DNA from: Rotaria socialis | Lineage: Eukaryota | DNA: 64,000 nucleotides | Direction of reading: 5' to 3' | NCBI GenBank assembly: GCA_905331295.1 | Contig: CAJNYD010000253.1 | Span: 62,001 to 126,000, forward strand | Shown here: piece by piece, positions 13,229-26,074 of the stretch | Position numbering within the stretch: the first letter of the stretch is position 1 | Layout of the letters: the number at the start of each line of letters is the position of its first letter | Position numbers and translations under genes: made by a program | Notes under the pieces: model-generated | Seen by the model: only the letters and a program-made list of their open reading frames with translations | Database searches by the model: none | Told to the model about the DNA's origin: nothing

Positions 13229-15031
13229 TTAGTAGAGTTCAGGATCATTTTGGGTGTTGTAAAGTTGACTTCTGCTGATTCGTTCTAGTCTCTTTGGGCG
13301 ACCTTGAGGATAGAGCCACTTTTCTAAATCATTCAAGCGACCCATATACTCGATTGCATAAGCTGCAGCTTTCACCACTTTCTCATAAGCAAATGGATTG
13401 ATATTCGTTATTCGGTCACATTGTTGATGATAACATGTATCAAATGCTGCATTGGCGATACCACCGTTCCCAGTGCCTAATATTGCTGCATATTGATCTC
13501 GTTCAGCAGCTGTTTTGATTCCACCAGCTCCGGTATTGACTCCACCTACTGCAAGGCCATTCGCTAAAAACGGTACATAATCACTTCCACCACCAAGTGA
13601 GGAATTGCTCCATGGTAGTTTTTGTTCAGTGAACCATTGACGAAAGAGGGCAGTAATTCTACTTGTACCATTTAGAGCTACTAGAGGTGTGCTTGTCGGT
13701 GCCATTTCACTGTCATGTATACCAAAACGATAGTTCGGACCAGCTAACATATCATAATTTAAATTCAATAGGTAATCTTGAAAACGCTCGCCTTCCTTAT
13801 CACTATTTAAGATGGCCTGTTCTACATGATAAATGGACCCGAGAAGACCGATTTCTTCAGCACCCCACCAGCAGAATCGGACGCGATATGGATAAGTAGG
13901 ATAATTGTTTGATGATGTCTGAAACAAACGAGCCAAGTTCAGAGCTAAAACCAAGAGACCAATTGTACCACTACCTAAAACAAAATGCGAAGGAAAAAAT
14001 TGATTGCTTTGTGGAAATTCTCATATCATTCATCAGAATAGTCTTGATGCGACTGAATAGGATTTCTTACCATTATCATTGATTCCACTTCCTGCTGGTA
14101 CTCCATCACTATGCGCTCCAACCACGATAGTTTTTGTTATATCTCCGGATGGTGTATCTGCACAAATATTTCCTATCCCTTCAGCATCACTCACGTCGGC
14201 ATTCATCATAATACCAGCATTCTCACCTGCATCGTTGGCTGCATTGACTAACTGCATTCCCATACTGTAAGATAGAAAAAATGCCGGAACGGAACTATTC
14301 ATCTTTGCTCTGACACCTTGCAATGCTTGAAAGCGATCGGCTGCCGTTCCATCATTGTACACTAGCAATCCTCTCACACGATAATTTTCAGCAAATGTAA
14401 CTTTCTCGATGTATGTACAGTCTCCACGCTTGACAAGCACCACTGCATCAGCTGCTGACACGCTTGACCAGTCAGCATCTTGACAACCAAGATTCGGAAT
14501 GACGACGAGTCGGACGAACGACGTGAAATTGGCACGAGCTGAAAATACCATATACGCAAAATCAGTTAAGTAAACATGACTATTCACAGCACCGTTGACT
14601 TGTGATTGTAGTTGTGGCGTCCCTCGAACAACATAATTTGGAACAGTGAAATACTGATGATGAAGGATAAATTTGGTGTTTTGTTCTAGTTGTCTAGTGA
14701 TATAGTCGAGTGTACCATTGAATCCTCGTGTAGTAATGGCACGTGTACCACCGCTCTGATCGGCAATTACTTGAAGCTGTTCAAGATGTTTCAGTAGATC
14801 TTCAACAGTGATTTGATCGGCCAGAGAAAGTGAACCACTTTTTGAACTACTATTCAAATTTGAATTTGAATTTGAATCACGGCGAACAATGCTCAACGTT
14901 GCTGCACTCAAAGCAACACATGTGATTGTTATCAGAATAAGTAGAATGAAAAAAATATAGAACACCTTTTTTGAACCAGATGCGGAAACTACAGCATTTT
15001 GTACCTCATGTTTATCTTGTAGTTCCGTCAT
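13229..15031 (-). CDS. M28 aminopeptidase with PA domain and N-terminal membrane anchor (2 exons: 15031-14071, 13974-13229)
   Basis: A GT-AG intron at 14070-13975 joins the two track ORFs into GAHSDGV...GINDNGSGT. Other M28 motifs: WWGAEEIGLLGS, LNYDM, SDYVPF, CYHQQCD. PA domain VKRGDCTY..K. Hydrophobic anchor at aa ~23-49. Confidence 0.92.
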
Positions 15032-16629
15032 TGTAATGAATAATTCAAAGATGACAAATTAATTTTGCAGAAAACAAAATGTTCGCAAGGGAATAAAAAC
15101 TTGTTCCTTTTGTACAAGACACTGATAGCTATTGGTTGGGCTGTAAAAATAAGATCACTTTAGTTTCAAATATAATCATTCAAATCAAATAAAAAGAATT
15201 TCTTATTGAGATAAAAGAAAAATAATACTTTATGACATTTCTTCTATCCAATTGACGATTTATTCTTCAATCATACATCAAGTCGTTTTCTTATCTTTAC
15301 AGACACCTAAATCTAAGTAATTTATGACTATTATGAACAAACACTTATTATCCGAGAGTCCTTTCAAAGTCAATGCAAATAATAGTTTGAAAGTTAAACT
15401 TAACAAATACGAAAGATATCAATGAAATATAGTGAAAAACTGTAATCGACCGGTGACGAAGAGCTTTTCACTTTCGTATTGTTGTAAAAAAAATCAAGTG
15501 TTTAACATTGTAGACTAAGCATTTTTATTAAAGATTTATTGGTAGCTATTCCATGAAAAAGTCAATTTAGACAGCAAAGAACCTTACCGTTTATGTTACC
15601 GATAATAGCATCAATCTAATATCGGAGAGAGATGAAAATTTACGTGCAATCGTATTATACGCAAGTGTATTTTTGAACCAAAATCAAACATATATAAATA
15701 CTTTTTTCTTCCTTTAAAGTCAGTATAATTGGTGAAATTATATTGAATATCATGAATGAAATGATTAGTATGTTGTTTACAGCCCTTGAGTATCAAGTAG
15801 ACCCAGGTCGAACAAACTGACACTAAGATCAGGTATGAATTCTTGTATGATCATACGGAAAATCATACGAAAAATCGTCGTCGCTGACATCTGATGTCAG
15901 ATCTTACATCCGATTTCGTATATGATTTAACAGTACGATCTTACGTATGATTATATAAAATAGTACAAGATGATTTTAAGCCATTTCTTCATAAATATCC
16001 ATTATTAAATATTTTTACGCAGTCACGCAACTACAATTCTATCCTGAAAAACGACAACCGTACGAAACGTAAAAAGGGTTCCGAAAATTGCTGCGAACTC
16101 GAAATCATTTTAGGTTCCGTGCAAACCAGGTTCTCCACGAACCCTTTGTGGGAAAGGTCAAACATAGGGTTTCTCACACTGCTCTGTCTACTCAATGTAA
16201 TAAATCAGTTAAAAAGCTCTGTCTAGCAAACGCCGGTTCCTAGAAAACCCTTCTGGGGTTTCAGGGCTTTCATTCTCTCCCTTCTCAATCGAGAACAACC
16301 CGATCGTAACACCTCAGGGCAACAATGCGCGATTAGCTCCTGCAGAGACCAGCGACCAGAACGATCGACATAGAATGCTTGATCTAAACAGAAATAAATT
16401 ATTTTGAGAGGTTTTAGCTTTCAAAATTGAACTTACCTTTTATGTTTGATCATATGACACTTGACCTCAGGTGAAATGATAGACGTAATAATGGCCTGTT
16501 TGATTCATCTCATTATTGACTGAATACGGGAGACCTATTTTGCGTAGATAGTTACATCGGTAGCACTATTCTATTAATTATCTCTCTGAATAGCAACTGA
16601 AATTTTCACGCACTTCTCAATGTAAGAAA

Positions 16630-16912
16630 AGAAAGAAAGAAACCCTTGCCTTGCGGCTACCTTTCAGTATAGGGTGCTGTCCGGAGACAGTTTCAAGAGC
16701 CCGATATTTTTCCTACAACTATTACTAGCTGCAGCTCTGGACCGACGGCCGGCCGGACTCAGAGTTCCTTCCCGTGCTATCGGATGGGTGGTCCGAGACA
16801 AAACAGCCGTTAGTAACTTGTCCACGGTTATTCTATGGATGATGGCGCCGAGGTTTGAACACACTATCTTGTGGATATGTGCCGAACATCTTAACCATTC
16901 AGCCATAGCGGC
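16630..16912 (-). mobile_element. tRNA-derived SINE with target-site duplication
   Basis: Minus strand starts GCCGCTATGGCTGAATGGTTAAG (Pol III A box), has a GTTCAAAC B-box-like motif and ends in (TTTC)n. Flanked by the direct repeat CTCAATGTAAGAAA at 16616-16629 and 16912-16925. Confidence 0.8.
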
Positions 16913-18009
16913 TCAATGTAAGAAACAAATTTTAATGTAAGAAAATCAATTTGTGTTTTTTTTTGCATTTAGTTTCTGACTACGGGAAGTTTGGATCGAA
17001 AAAAAGACGACGGATTTGTTTTCCTAGGCCTCGATAACCTATTGTGAAGCTCGATCAAAATGCAGGAAGGAGTTGAAATAAAAAATCTAGCTTTACAGTT
17101 TTTGACTTTGGGGTGTATCTATTTTCTGACCAATGGGAGCTTGCCGTGAAAAACTGATTACATATTCAGATTGCTGGACCTCGATAACCTGTTGTGAAGT
17201 TTCATCAGAATACAGAAAAGAATTGAAATAAAGTCTTATTTCTCAGCGGTCCAATTTTGCTGGTGTAAAATTTCTGCTAAGATATTAGAAGGTCGAATTA
17301 TAGTCTACTTTTTGAAGGATTAAAGATTTTTAAAGCTGTGTGAATTTTTTTGCAATTTGGAGCAGAACCTTGGAAACCAATTGTGGTGTTTCTTATTTGC
17401 TTTTTCAACACTAAGGAGGTTAAGAAACCTAAGAGAGATTTTAGAAAACGCTGAATGTTCTTGAAAGCACTCTTGGAAATCCGGAAAGGCTTGTTTGAGG
17501 GATTGTGAGTAGGTTTTGTTTTGGATGGAAGCTCCCTTTTTGACGGTACGGTCAAAATTAAAGCTCATTAGCGGTTCCTTTTGTGGAAGGTGTGGGTTGC
17601 GAAACCTTTGATGATTGTCAAAATTCAGTGCGGCATGATACCAAACCCGGTTGACTACGAAACCTAAAATGGTTCCATACTGAACCTTTGACGCTTTTGA
17701 AAAATCACAGGCGTACTTTACAAAACGTTTTTTAGCACGAAACCTTTGAAAATTTTCGGAGACGCGTACGAATGTTTTCAAAGTATTACAAAATACTGGT
17801 GAACCTTAAAGGTTTCACCAGAAACAATTTTCTTCAGCGTAGTAGATATTACCTAGCTAAGGACACTTTATTTATTGAACGCAGTATACAGGCACCTGCA
17901 TTGGAAGTTACCATTAAACAAAAAATTCATAAGATAATAGTCACAAAAGCTGATGCACAGAAATCTTTATTCTTTATGCTATTAATAATGAAAATTTACC
18001 AATAAGAAT

Positions 18010-18935
18010 TTCGATTATCTACATTCCCCACACAGAAAAATAAGAAATGAAAATGAAAATTTTGTAAATCATTAATATAGAACATTGAAAAACAAAACGT
18101 AGAATTTTCGATATTATTACTCTAGGAAAATCGCAATTGAGAATTAAGTTTTTCTATATTGTCACTATAGAAAAAATAAAAATGAAACAAGAGTTCTCTG
18201 TATTATGAATATAGAAAAATAAGAAATGAAAAGTAACACTTGCAATAATATCTATACAGAAAACGAAGAAAGCAAAAATATGACTTTTTGTAGAGTTAAC
18301 ATAGAAAACTGGGTGTTAAAATTAAGACTTTGGATGTTATCAATACAAAAATATAGAAAAACAATGGAATATTCTATATTACGAACTGAGAAGAATACGA
18401 AATACAACTTATTGCTTTCTATGCTGTTAATATAGAAGAACAATCAATAAAAATTGTCATTTGCACAATACTAAGACTGAAAAATAAGACGTAAAAATTG
18501 TCATTTGCACAATGCTAAGACTAAAAAATAAGAAGTAAAAATTGTCATTTGCACAATGCTAAGACTAAAAAAAAGAAGTAAAAATTGTCATTTGCACAAT
18601 GCTAAGACTAAAAAAAAAGAGGTAAAAATTGGCACCCTCCTTATTATCAATGCAGAAAGAAACATGAAAATTAAGGTTTTCTACATTATGTATATAGAAA
18701 ATAAGAAGTGAAAGTTCATTTTTTTGATATCATTAATATAGGAAAGTAAAAATCTAGAAATGGGATTCTCTGAATTTTTAATATAGAAAAGTAATATACA
18801 AAACTAACTGTTAGTTATATGGTTTGAATACAGATAAATATGAAATAGAAGTAAAAGTTTTCTATTTTCTCACTGTACAGAAAAAAACGCGAAGTGCAAG
18901 AAACTCTTTTTTATAGTGCTAGTATAGAAAACTAA
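18010..18935. repeat. ~44-45-bp minisatellite; four near-identical units at 18448-18630 inside a degenerate array
   Basis: Unit TAAAAATTGTCATTTGCACAATGCTAAGACTAAAAAATAAGAAG starts at 18448, 18492, 18536 and 18579. A TAGAAAA motif recurs about every 45 bp in the flanks. Confidence 0.8.
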
Positions 18936-20373
18936 TACGCACACAGCTTCATACTGCTTTTTAACTACTATTCTTCTTAATAAAATCAAGTAAATCAATA
19001 GTTCTTGAATAAGTAAAAGAAATTGGTAGATCATACACGATCAGATAATAACAGACAAGATTTACATTACGTACGTATGCATGTTTCTTTTATCATGAAT
19101 CTTATATGATCTTTTACGATCAAGCAAGAATCGTGCAGCCTGTTCGTATACGATTCTTAATGTTCAAATCTTATAAGATTTTTTGCTAGCATCTTACAGA
19201 CAGAATCTGACGAAATCTTAGAAAAAACGAACACGTCAGATATTGTATGATCTTGTATCAAAATCATACGAAAAATCTTATAAGGATAAGATCTTATACG
19301 GCCTTACACGATCTGACGTCTGGATTTTCGACCTGGGGAGTGATGCTACAGCAAATAGCAGACCATTGTTTTCAAATCCGGCATAACAACTTTTATCTAT
19401 TATCAAAAGTACAGGCTTACGCACATATAAGTAGCCAAATATGAAATTGATTTATCATGACAAAACACATGTGTCTGTTCTGTTTGGTTTTGTTTTATAC
19501 AATACTTGAAGATCCTCTGACTTTTATAATTGATCTTAACAACAATGTTAACATTCTTTCAATCTTGCTCAGTTACGTAGATGACTGCAATAGAACTATG
19601 ATATGTTTAGAGCAGATTTTCTTGATAATAAACAATTACGTCACAGTAGATTGTTACATCCAAACTTTTTAGTCAAATTTTTGGTCTCCTAAAGTCTCTG
19701 GTCGTGTTAAACTCCGTAGCTGTATTGGTTGAATTTACTTCGTCTTCGAGTTTAATCTCTCTCTCTGCGTAATGTTGTCAGTATAAGAGCATTCATTCTC
19801 TACATGATTAAACCAACTGAAAAATTAATGGAAGCATGTCTACATGAAATAATATATTTCGAGGGGATTGATATGCATCGAGATAAGATTTTTCTGTGTC
19901 CGATTGACTCTGCCCGTGAATTATGAATAGTATTGTTGAAATGAGAGTTTATTTGTCTTGTTCGATGTCAGTTAATATGTGCTATGTTTTGACAGTGACA
20001 GAATTTATTTTTCGGTAGTTGTGTAAATAGAAGTTTATTTGTTTAAAAAACGTCATAATAATGAGGAAAAAAACTCTTATACACGAAGAATGCCATGTGA
20101 TTAGCATTTTGTTCGGTTTTTCTACATATCTCAAACAACTCACTTCCTATCCAATACCAATTATCATTTCGTCTGTACGTTTGTCATGAATACAAAATGT
20201 TTTCATCATGTCTACTGATTCTTTTGTTAAATATTTTCTTACGGTACTCATTCACGTTGTATTAACGAAAAATTCGATTGCGTACTGTAGGGTAGAAAAA
20301 AGATAATCCATAAGAATATATCTATAACACTACAATATTCCAATCGGAAACAGCTGAACGCGGTAAAAAGATA

Positions 20374-20749
20374 ATGGAAAATTTGGAGGAAGCAATGAAT
20401 TCAAAGGCTCGAGCCTACACGATACCACAACCACAAATAAATAGATTTTCATATCAGAATCAAGTAATAGTGGCACCTGGAAAAATACGTCAATATCTTC
20501 GATGGTCAATCGTGAACACTGTTCTAGGTTTTTTATTATTTGGTATGATAGCAATTGTACTGTCCCTTGTTGTGCGAAGACGTGCTCGAGGAAGAAGATT
20601 TCAACAAAGCGAAAAAATTAAGTACCATCACGCTTCTATGGAACATCTTCGTTTCTCTAGTGGGTACTGCAATTTGGGCCTATATTATCTATTCTATTGT
20701 CGCTTCAGCAATTGGTACCAGTCGCACTCTCAAGAATAACTCGGGATAA
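20374..20749 (+). pseudogene. CD225/dispanin (IFITM-like) membrane protein split by a +1 frameshift
   Basis: Frame 1 gives YLRWSIVNTVLGFLLFGMIAIVLSLVVRRRAR; frame 2 gives EEDFNKAKKLSTITLLWNIFVSLVG. Removing one G at 20590/20591 yields a contiguous two-hydrophobic-segment dispanin. Could be a sequencing error in an intact gene. Confidence 0.65.
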
Positions 20750-21369
20750 TTCATTTTTTAAAAACATATTTTAAGTTTTGTGCTTTAGTACGCATTGTAT
20801 ATTTATAAATAAATAATATTCATTGTCAAACTTTTTCAACAGAGATTACTAGTAGGATGATTGCAAAAACTAAAAGCATTTTGATTGAAACATGATGAAC
20901 ATGTCTTTCCGCGCGCTGACATACGAATGCTCATAAGGGCCCAGAAATGGGGAAAAAGGTAATTTCACTGACCCCTAGTTTTATTAGAAACCCACATAAA
21001 AAGGAGCAGTTTGAACGTTCTTCGTAAGAAAATAATAATGAAAAGAAAAAATTCATGGTCTAGTTCTGGATTAGAAATTCCATTGCCATCATCTGTACGT
21101 CAAACGTAATGTTGATGGTGACATCTATGATGTCATAGTCACCAATCATTATTGCACATAAAATTTCATTCCATTGCATCAGATGATGAAATAAAATACT
21201 TGTGATAATAATCAAACTGCAAAGATGAGGAAATATGAAGAAATAAATTTTTATTATAAAGTATAAATATGTTTATCTGACCACAGAATTTAAATGTAAA
21301 ATATTAATTTTCTATCATTTGTATGATTGTAATTTCACACCAAGCGTTAAAAACCGACCCATTCAACGA

Positions 21370-24300
21370 ATGACTATCAAGCATCAATGCATTGAAATCT
21401 GTGTAAACGAAAATGATATTGAGAAGGATCGACGACGAAAAGCTTTGCTCAATGATCCAAATTATGGAGTAGTGCTTTGTTTCCTGGATAAGTTTCGATC
21501 AATACTTGATTTACCGAATTATTTATTACAACGTTTTGAAGATCATCTTGTTAATTGCGAAGGGAAAAGTAAATTTCTTCAATAGATAATCAGTCTCGAA
21601 TAAAGATCTTGTTTAAATTAAGATTCATCACGTCTTATTGACTTTCATTTCACTCTTCTTAAACGATTATCTCTGGCAAGAAATGCTCAGCGTGACAAGT
21701 TCGATTCAATTGTTACTAAAGTAAATCAATCTTTTTCTTCTTTTTCTTCTTCTATTTTTGTTTTGCTCGCAAATAGTTTGCTGCTCGATTTGATGTCAAC
21801 GACAGTGAACATATAAAAACAACTGGCTATTTAAAAGCAAATGTCAATATAAAAATTCGAATAATAAAGGTAAATCAACATACGAAATAGTAATTATCTG
21901 TATGCGTACTCATCACTTTTATGTAAATTTTATTTTTAGAATTTACTCGAAAGTCAATTTGAAACAAAGCAGATGTTAAAAAAATGTTTAATTGATAAAT
22001 CCGCCTATGAACTCAAATCTTCACCATTAGGTCGTGATCGTTTTGGAGTTTCGTATTGGCTTTTTATGGTATGAAAATTTATTTAATGTAGTAATGAAGA
22101 TTTCGATTGAATTATCATAGGATAAAGATTGTTTCGTGCGGTTATTTCGCGAAGATATTGATGTCGATCGAACATGGACTAATATTGCGACGTGAGTAGA
22201 AAAACTAGTTACAATCGGAAAGATTTCTTTATTCCATTTTGTAGAAACCGAGATGAATTAAAAAAATTTATTGAAATATTAATTGCTGACCGTGTAGTTC
22301 GAAAGAAATTTCCTGGTAGGAAAAATGCGAAATTAAAATTCTCTATTGTTTATTTTACTCAATAGATTGGATTGTTAATTGTGAACAATTTTCTCCTGTA
22401 CTAACATCAGATGACTTTGAGCAAAATTATTTTCCTACTTCAGTCAGTCTAACAGAAGAAATGCAAACTATGTTGACTGATGATAGTGATACAGATTTCC
22501 CAATAAAGAAAACACGTCGACAATCAACAGCTTCACAAAACTCATTAAATATGTATAAAGACTTCGAATCGATAGAAGAGAATCGTAATAGTGATCAACA
22601 AGAAGAATCGTCTATTGATGATGTTTGTCCTTCGATACGTCGATCATCGCGACTTCGAAAACCAACAACAACTATTCCGCAGGTTTAAACCAATAGTACA
22701 TTGTAAACACGAATCTAATCCAAAAATCATTTCAGGCTTCTAGTGCAAAAAAGAAACGCCCAACAAAAAGTAAAAAGAATCTTTCAAACATTCGTCGTAA
22801 AACGAAATCTCGAAGGCACGATTATCCATACTCATCGACATCAAGTTCAGATGAACATGTCGATTATTCATCCGAAGATGAATACGATTCCGACGATTAT
22901 CTTCCTGACCAATCGCAAATTGATTTCGATAACAATTTATTCCAATTAGAAGAAGTTGATGAAAAAACGATAGAATTTCGTTCAGCTAAAACAGCTCAAA
23001 CATCAGCCCTTATAATATTTTGTTGTAAATGCTCAAAAGATGATCAACCGGAAGTTTTACTAATATGTGATGGTTGTAATGGTGCTTATCATTTAGAATG
23101 TTTACATCCTGTACTTTTATCGGTACCTCAACATGAATGGTTTTGTCCATTGTGTGAACATAGAAAATTATCCAATAGTTTAATTGAAAAATTCAAAGAA
23201 TTATTAATTAATTTGCATCAAACTGAAACAACACGAAGAATGTGTATTCTAAAAAAATCTTCGCCACGAAAAATTAAACCAAAAGTTTATACCAGTGATG
23301 AGAGTATTACAGAATCTGAGCACGAAAATTCTATGAATAATGACGAATTAGCATTTCAAATAAATGATAATACTAATCTATCATCGTCTTGTACTACTGA
23401 TGAAACTACTACTACATATAATATAAGTCAACGTGGTCGTCAGCGACATATTCGATTCGATATGAAAAAAATTTTCGATTCCCACGATGAATTTAATATT
23501 GATTCAGATACTGATGATGAATATAAAAGTGATATTAATTCAGAAACAACGAAATTCAATTTACAACTACCTAACCAAATTACTCGTTTACTTCATCGCC
23601 GTCATCGATCACCAACAAAAAATCATCAACGAACAAGAACACTCACACAATATGTAAGTAATTTTAATGAGTGAACAAGACTTAGAGAAGATATTAGAAT
23701 TTAAGTAGGTATATTGCTGAGGATTTTTCGAAATTTATCCATTCAATATATATTTTTAAAAAAAGCATGGACTGAAAAATGTAGCCCACTGTACTGCAGT
23801 GGCATATGCTAGTCTTGACCGTCTCTCTTTTTGCGCCTGATACATTTTAACTATCTCAAATATGGGCAGAGAACTGATAGAAAAATATCTTTTTTGTGTT
23901 CCTATTGAAATATTTCATTATTTTCTCTCTTATGTTAGAAATCAATTGATATTAATGAACAACTTGGCTCACCACTTGTTTATGTTAATTCTGATGGAAA
24001 TTCTGATCAAATAGAATCTTTTGTAACGAATTCTAAACAAACATCACAAATTGCACGTCGGTGGAATTATGTTCAACGGCGTAGTCGACTTAAAGTTATG
24101 AATATGAAATTATTAAATGAAACAATAGGACCTGAATGTGTTGATGAAAATGAATTATTTTGCCCGGATGATATGTCACTATCAAATGCTAATGATAGTT
24201 TAAGTAACAGTGAAATAAGAGATGAAGATAATTTAATGATGCATTCAAACATCAATTCAGTAGAATCAATAAATGTTGAATCAATTGAAAAATCTTCATC

Positions 24301-24705
24301 AAAAACCATTTTAAAAAAAGCAGACGCCAGTTTTGATCGACTTACTCGTGATATTCAATGTGCATTAACTGAGACAAATACATTTCCAAGTGTAACAAAA
24401 ACTAAAGCCACGTGTGTTGAATTTTTTTCTTTGTCTTTACAATAGTTTAAAATTATATTTCTAGCAGTGATCAACAGCCTGTTAAACGAACCACCAAAAT
24501 GCATCATTCGCTATATATGACAAAAGTTCCATATCGATCATTTCCATTGTCTTTGTTTCAATCATCTTGCAATGGATTTAATATTTTTAAAACGGAAGAT
24601 TTTTCAAATTCTAAATCTCTTTCAACTACTATTCAAACATCCTCTTCATTATCGCCTTTGAAAGATACAAATCTTGATCAAACATTACCGACGATGGATA
24701 TATAA
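21370..24705 (+). CDS. RSF1: RSF1-like chromatin remodelling factor (DDT/WHIM-type N-terminus, PHD finger), 10 exons
   Basis: In-frame GT-AG exons: 21370-21568, 21623-21720, 21777-21869, 21940-22068, 22121-22191, 22245-22315, 22366-22682, 22736-23653, 23939-24411, 24465-24705. Motifs DPNYGVVLCFLDKF and PLGRDRFGVSYW. PHD finger CCKC...LLICDGCNGAYHLECL...EWFCPLC at ~23020-23160. Confidence 0.8.
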
Positions 24706-26074
24706 TATTTGTTTCTATTGATTTTATTTTAGATTCTCAAATCAAGTCACATGTATTATTTTTTTGTATATATAGCTATTAGATACCGTATTTATGTTTG
24801 TGTCGACGATTAGCGCGTGTTACATGCTGAATACTAGAGTTAACGCTAAATAGAGAAGCATATCGATTATTATTATACTAAATTTTGTTTTATGGTTATG
24901 ATATCTAAATAATTTGCTTATATTAATAGAATTGGTTATTTGATTTATCATAAATAAATAATACTCAATCTCTAATTGATGATTTTAGGAAAAATATATA
25001 GATACGAATCTAGTACTAAGTCTATGTATGATATAAAGGGTGTAGGTGTGGCTCCATTGGTATTTAACTAATCGAGCAGTCCCTTATACCATACCCACTC
25101 CCTTGCTGTGTTATCGTTGCGCGGTAATAGGAAACTATTTTTTTGATTGAAACTGTCTCTAGTTATACATATCAGAGATTCGTGAGTCAGCCAAATCTAT
25201 CTTAAAAAATGATCTTTTAGGTAGTTTCTCAGTCCCCTACAACAATTAGTATGTTTTATTTCTTTATATCTCATTAAATACTGTTAATACATATAAATAA
25301 ATTAACAAAACAAAATTAAAAAATATATTTAGAGCAAAATTCTAATTCTAATCTTGCCTAGTTGGAACTAGAATTCAAGTACAGACCAGGATTTTCTGCG
25401 GGCAGCATTGAAATCATGATTGTGGCGAGAGAAAATTAGGATTCGACTAGAGATAACTTCATATCTTGAGGGTGTGGGGGTACATAAAAACACAAGATAC
25501 TCACACTCAGGCACCCTGTGGATTTTCAAGATATGCGCATTCTGTGAAATACCAGTTTTACTGTTAATTTAACTCCAGCTATTTGACTGATCAGAACAGC
25601 AGTGAGATCTCACCTGAGCTGCGAAGGCGCGTAAATAATGAAATCCAGCTAACATGCCTGAAACATGCAGACCCAGTGAAATTATCAACTCGCTAAACCC
25701 ACATCAGCATCGTGCACCCTACATGCATATCCTGGCATCATACTTTAGCAAGTCGATCTGATTTATAAATATCTAGCACAGCTCAATGTTACAAACAGTT
25801 TCCCTGGCGGTCTTTTGTCCGGCCACCTACAAATCTGTCATAGTGAAGGATTACTATTTGCTGGTACCTATGCTATTGATTATCCCACACACTGAGCAAA
25901 GAGTAGATTATCGTTATTTCAAGTGATAAAATTGATGAAATATCTATTTCGTTTAATCAAAAACTAACGAAAATTTCAAAAAAGGTTCAGTATTGATTTA
26001 ATATACAAAAAAATACCATTAATCACTGTAATCGACGTCCACACTGAAATTCTCTGTCCTAAACACTTCAGTAA

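Larger units (their letters stand above)
15802..19337. mobile_element. 3.5-kb non-autonomous TIR element (CCCAGGTCGA...TCGACCTGGG, 2-bp TSD GA) with nested repeats
   Basis: Perfect 10-bp inverted termini with GA on both sides. ATCATACG/ATCTTAC subterminal repeats at both ends (AAATCATACGAAAAATC near 15860 and 19261). No transposase ORF. Confidence 0.7.

Noticed and set aside
16840..16912. Functional tRNA gene
   Set aside because: A and B boxes are present, but I could not fold a convincing anticodon arm or acceptor stem, and the body, tail and TSD indicate a SINE.
17320..17781. 153-aa ORF as a transposase of the surrounding element
   Set aside because: It lies in GGTTCC/GAAACC repeat-rich sequence and shows no DDE or DNA-binding motif.
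18448..18630. CRISPR-like array
   Set aside because: Units are contiguous ~44-bp tandem copies with no unique spacers, no cas genes and a eukaryotic context; it is a minisatellite.
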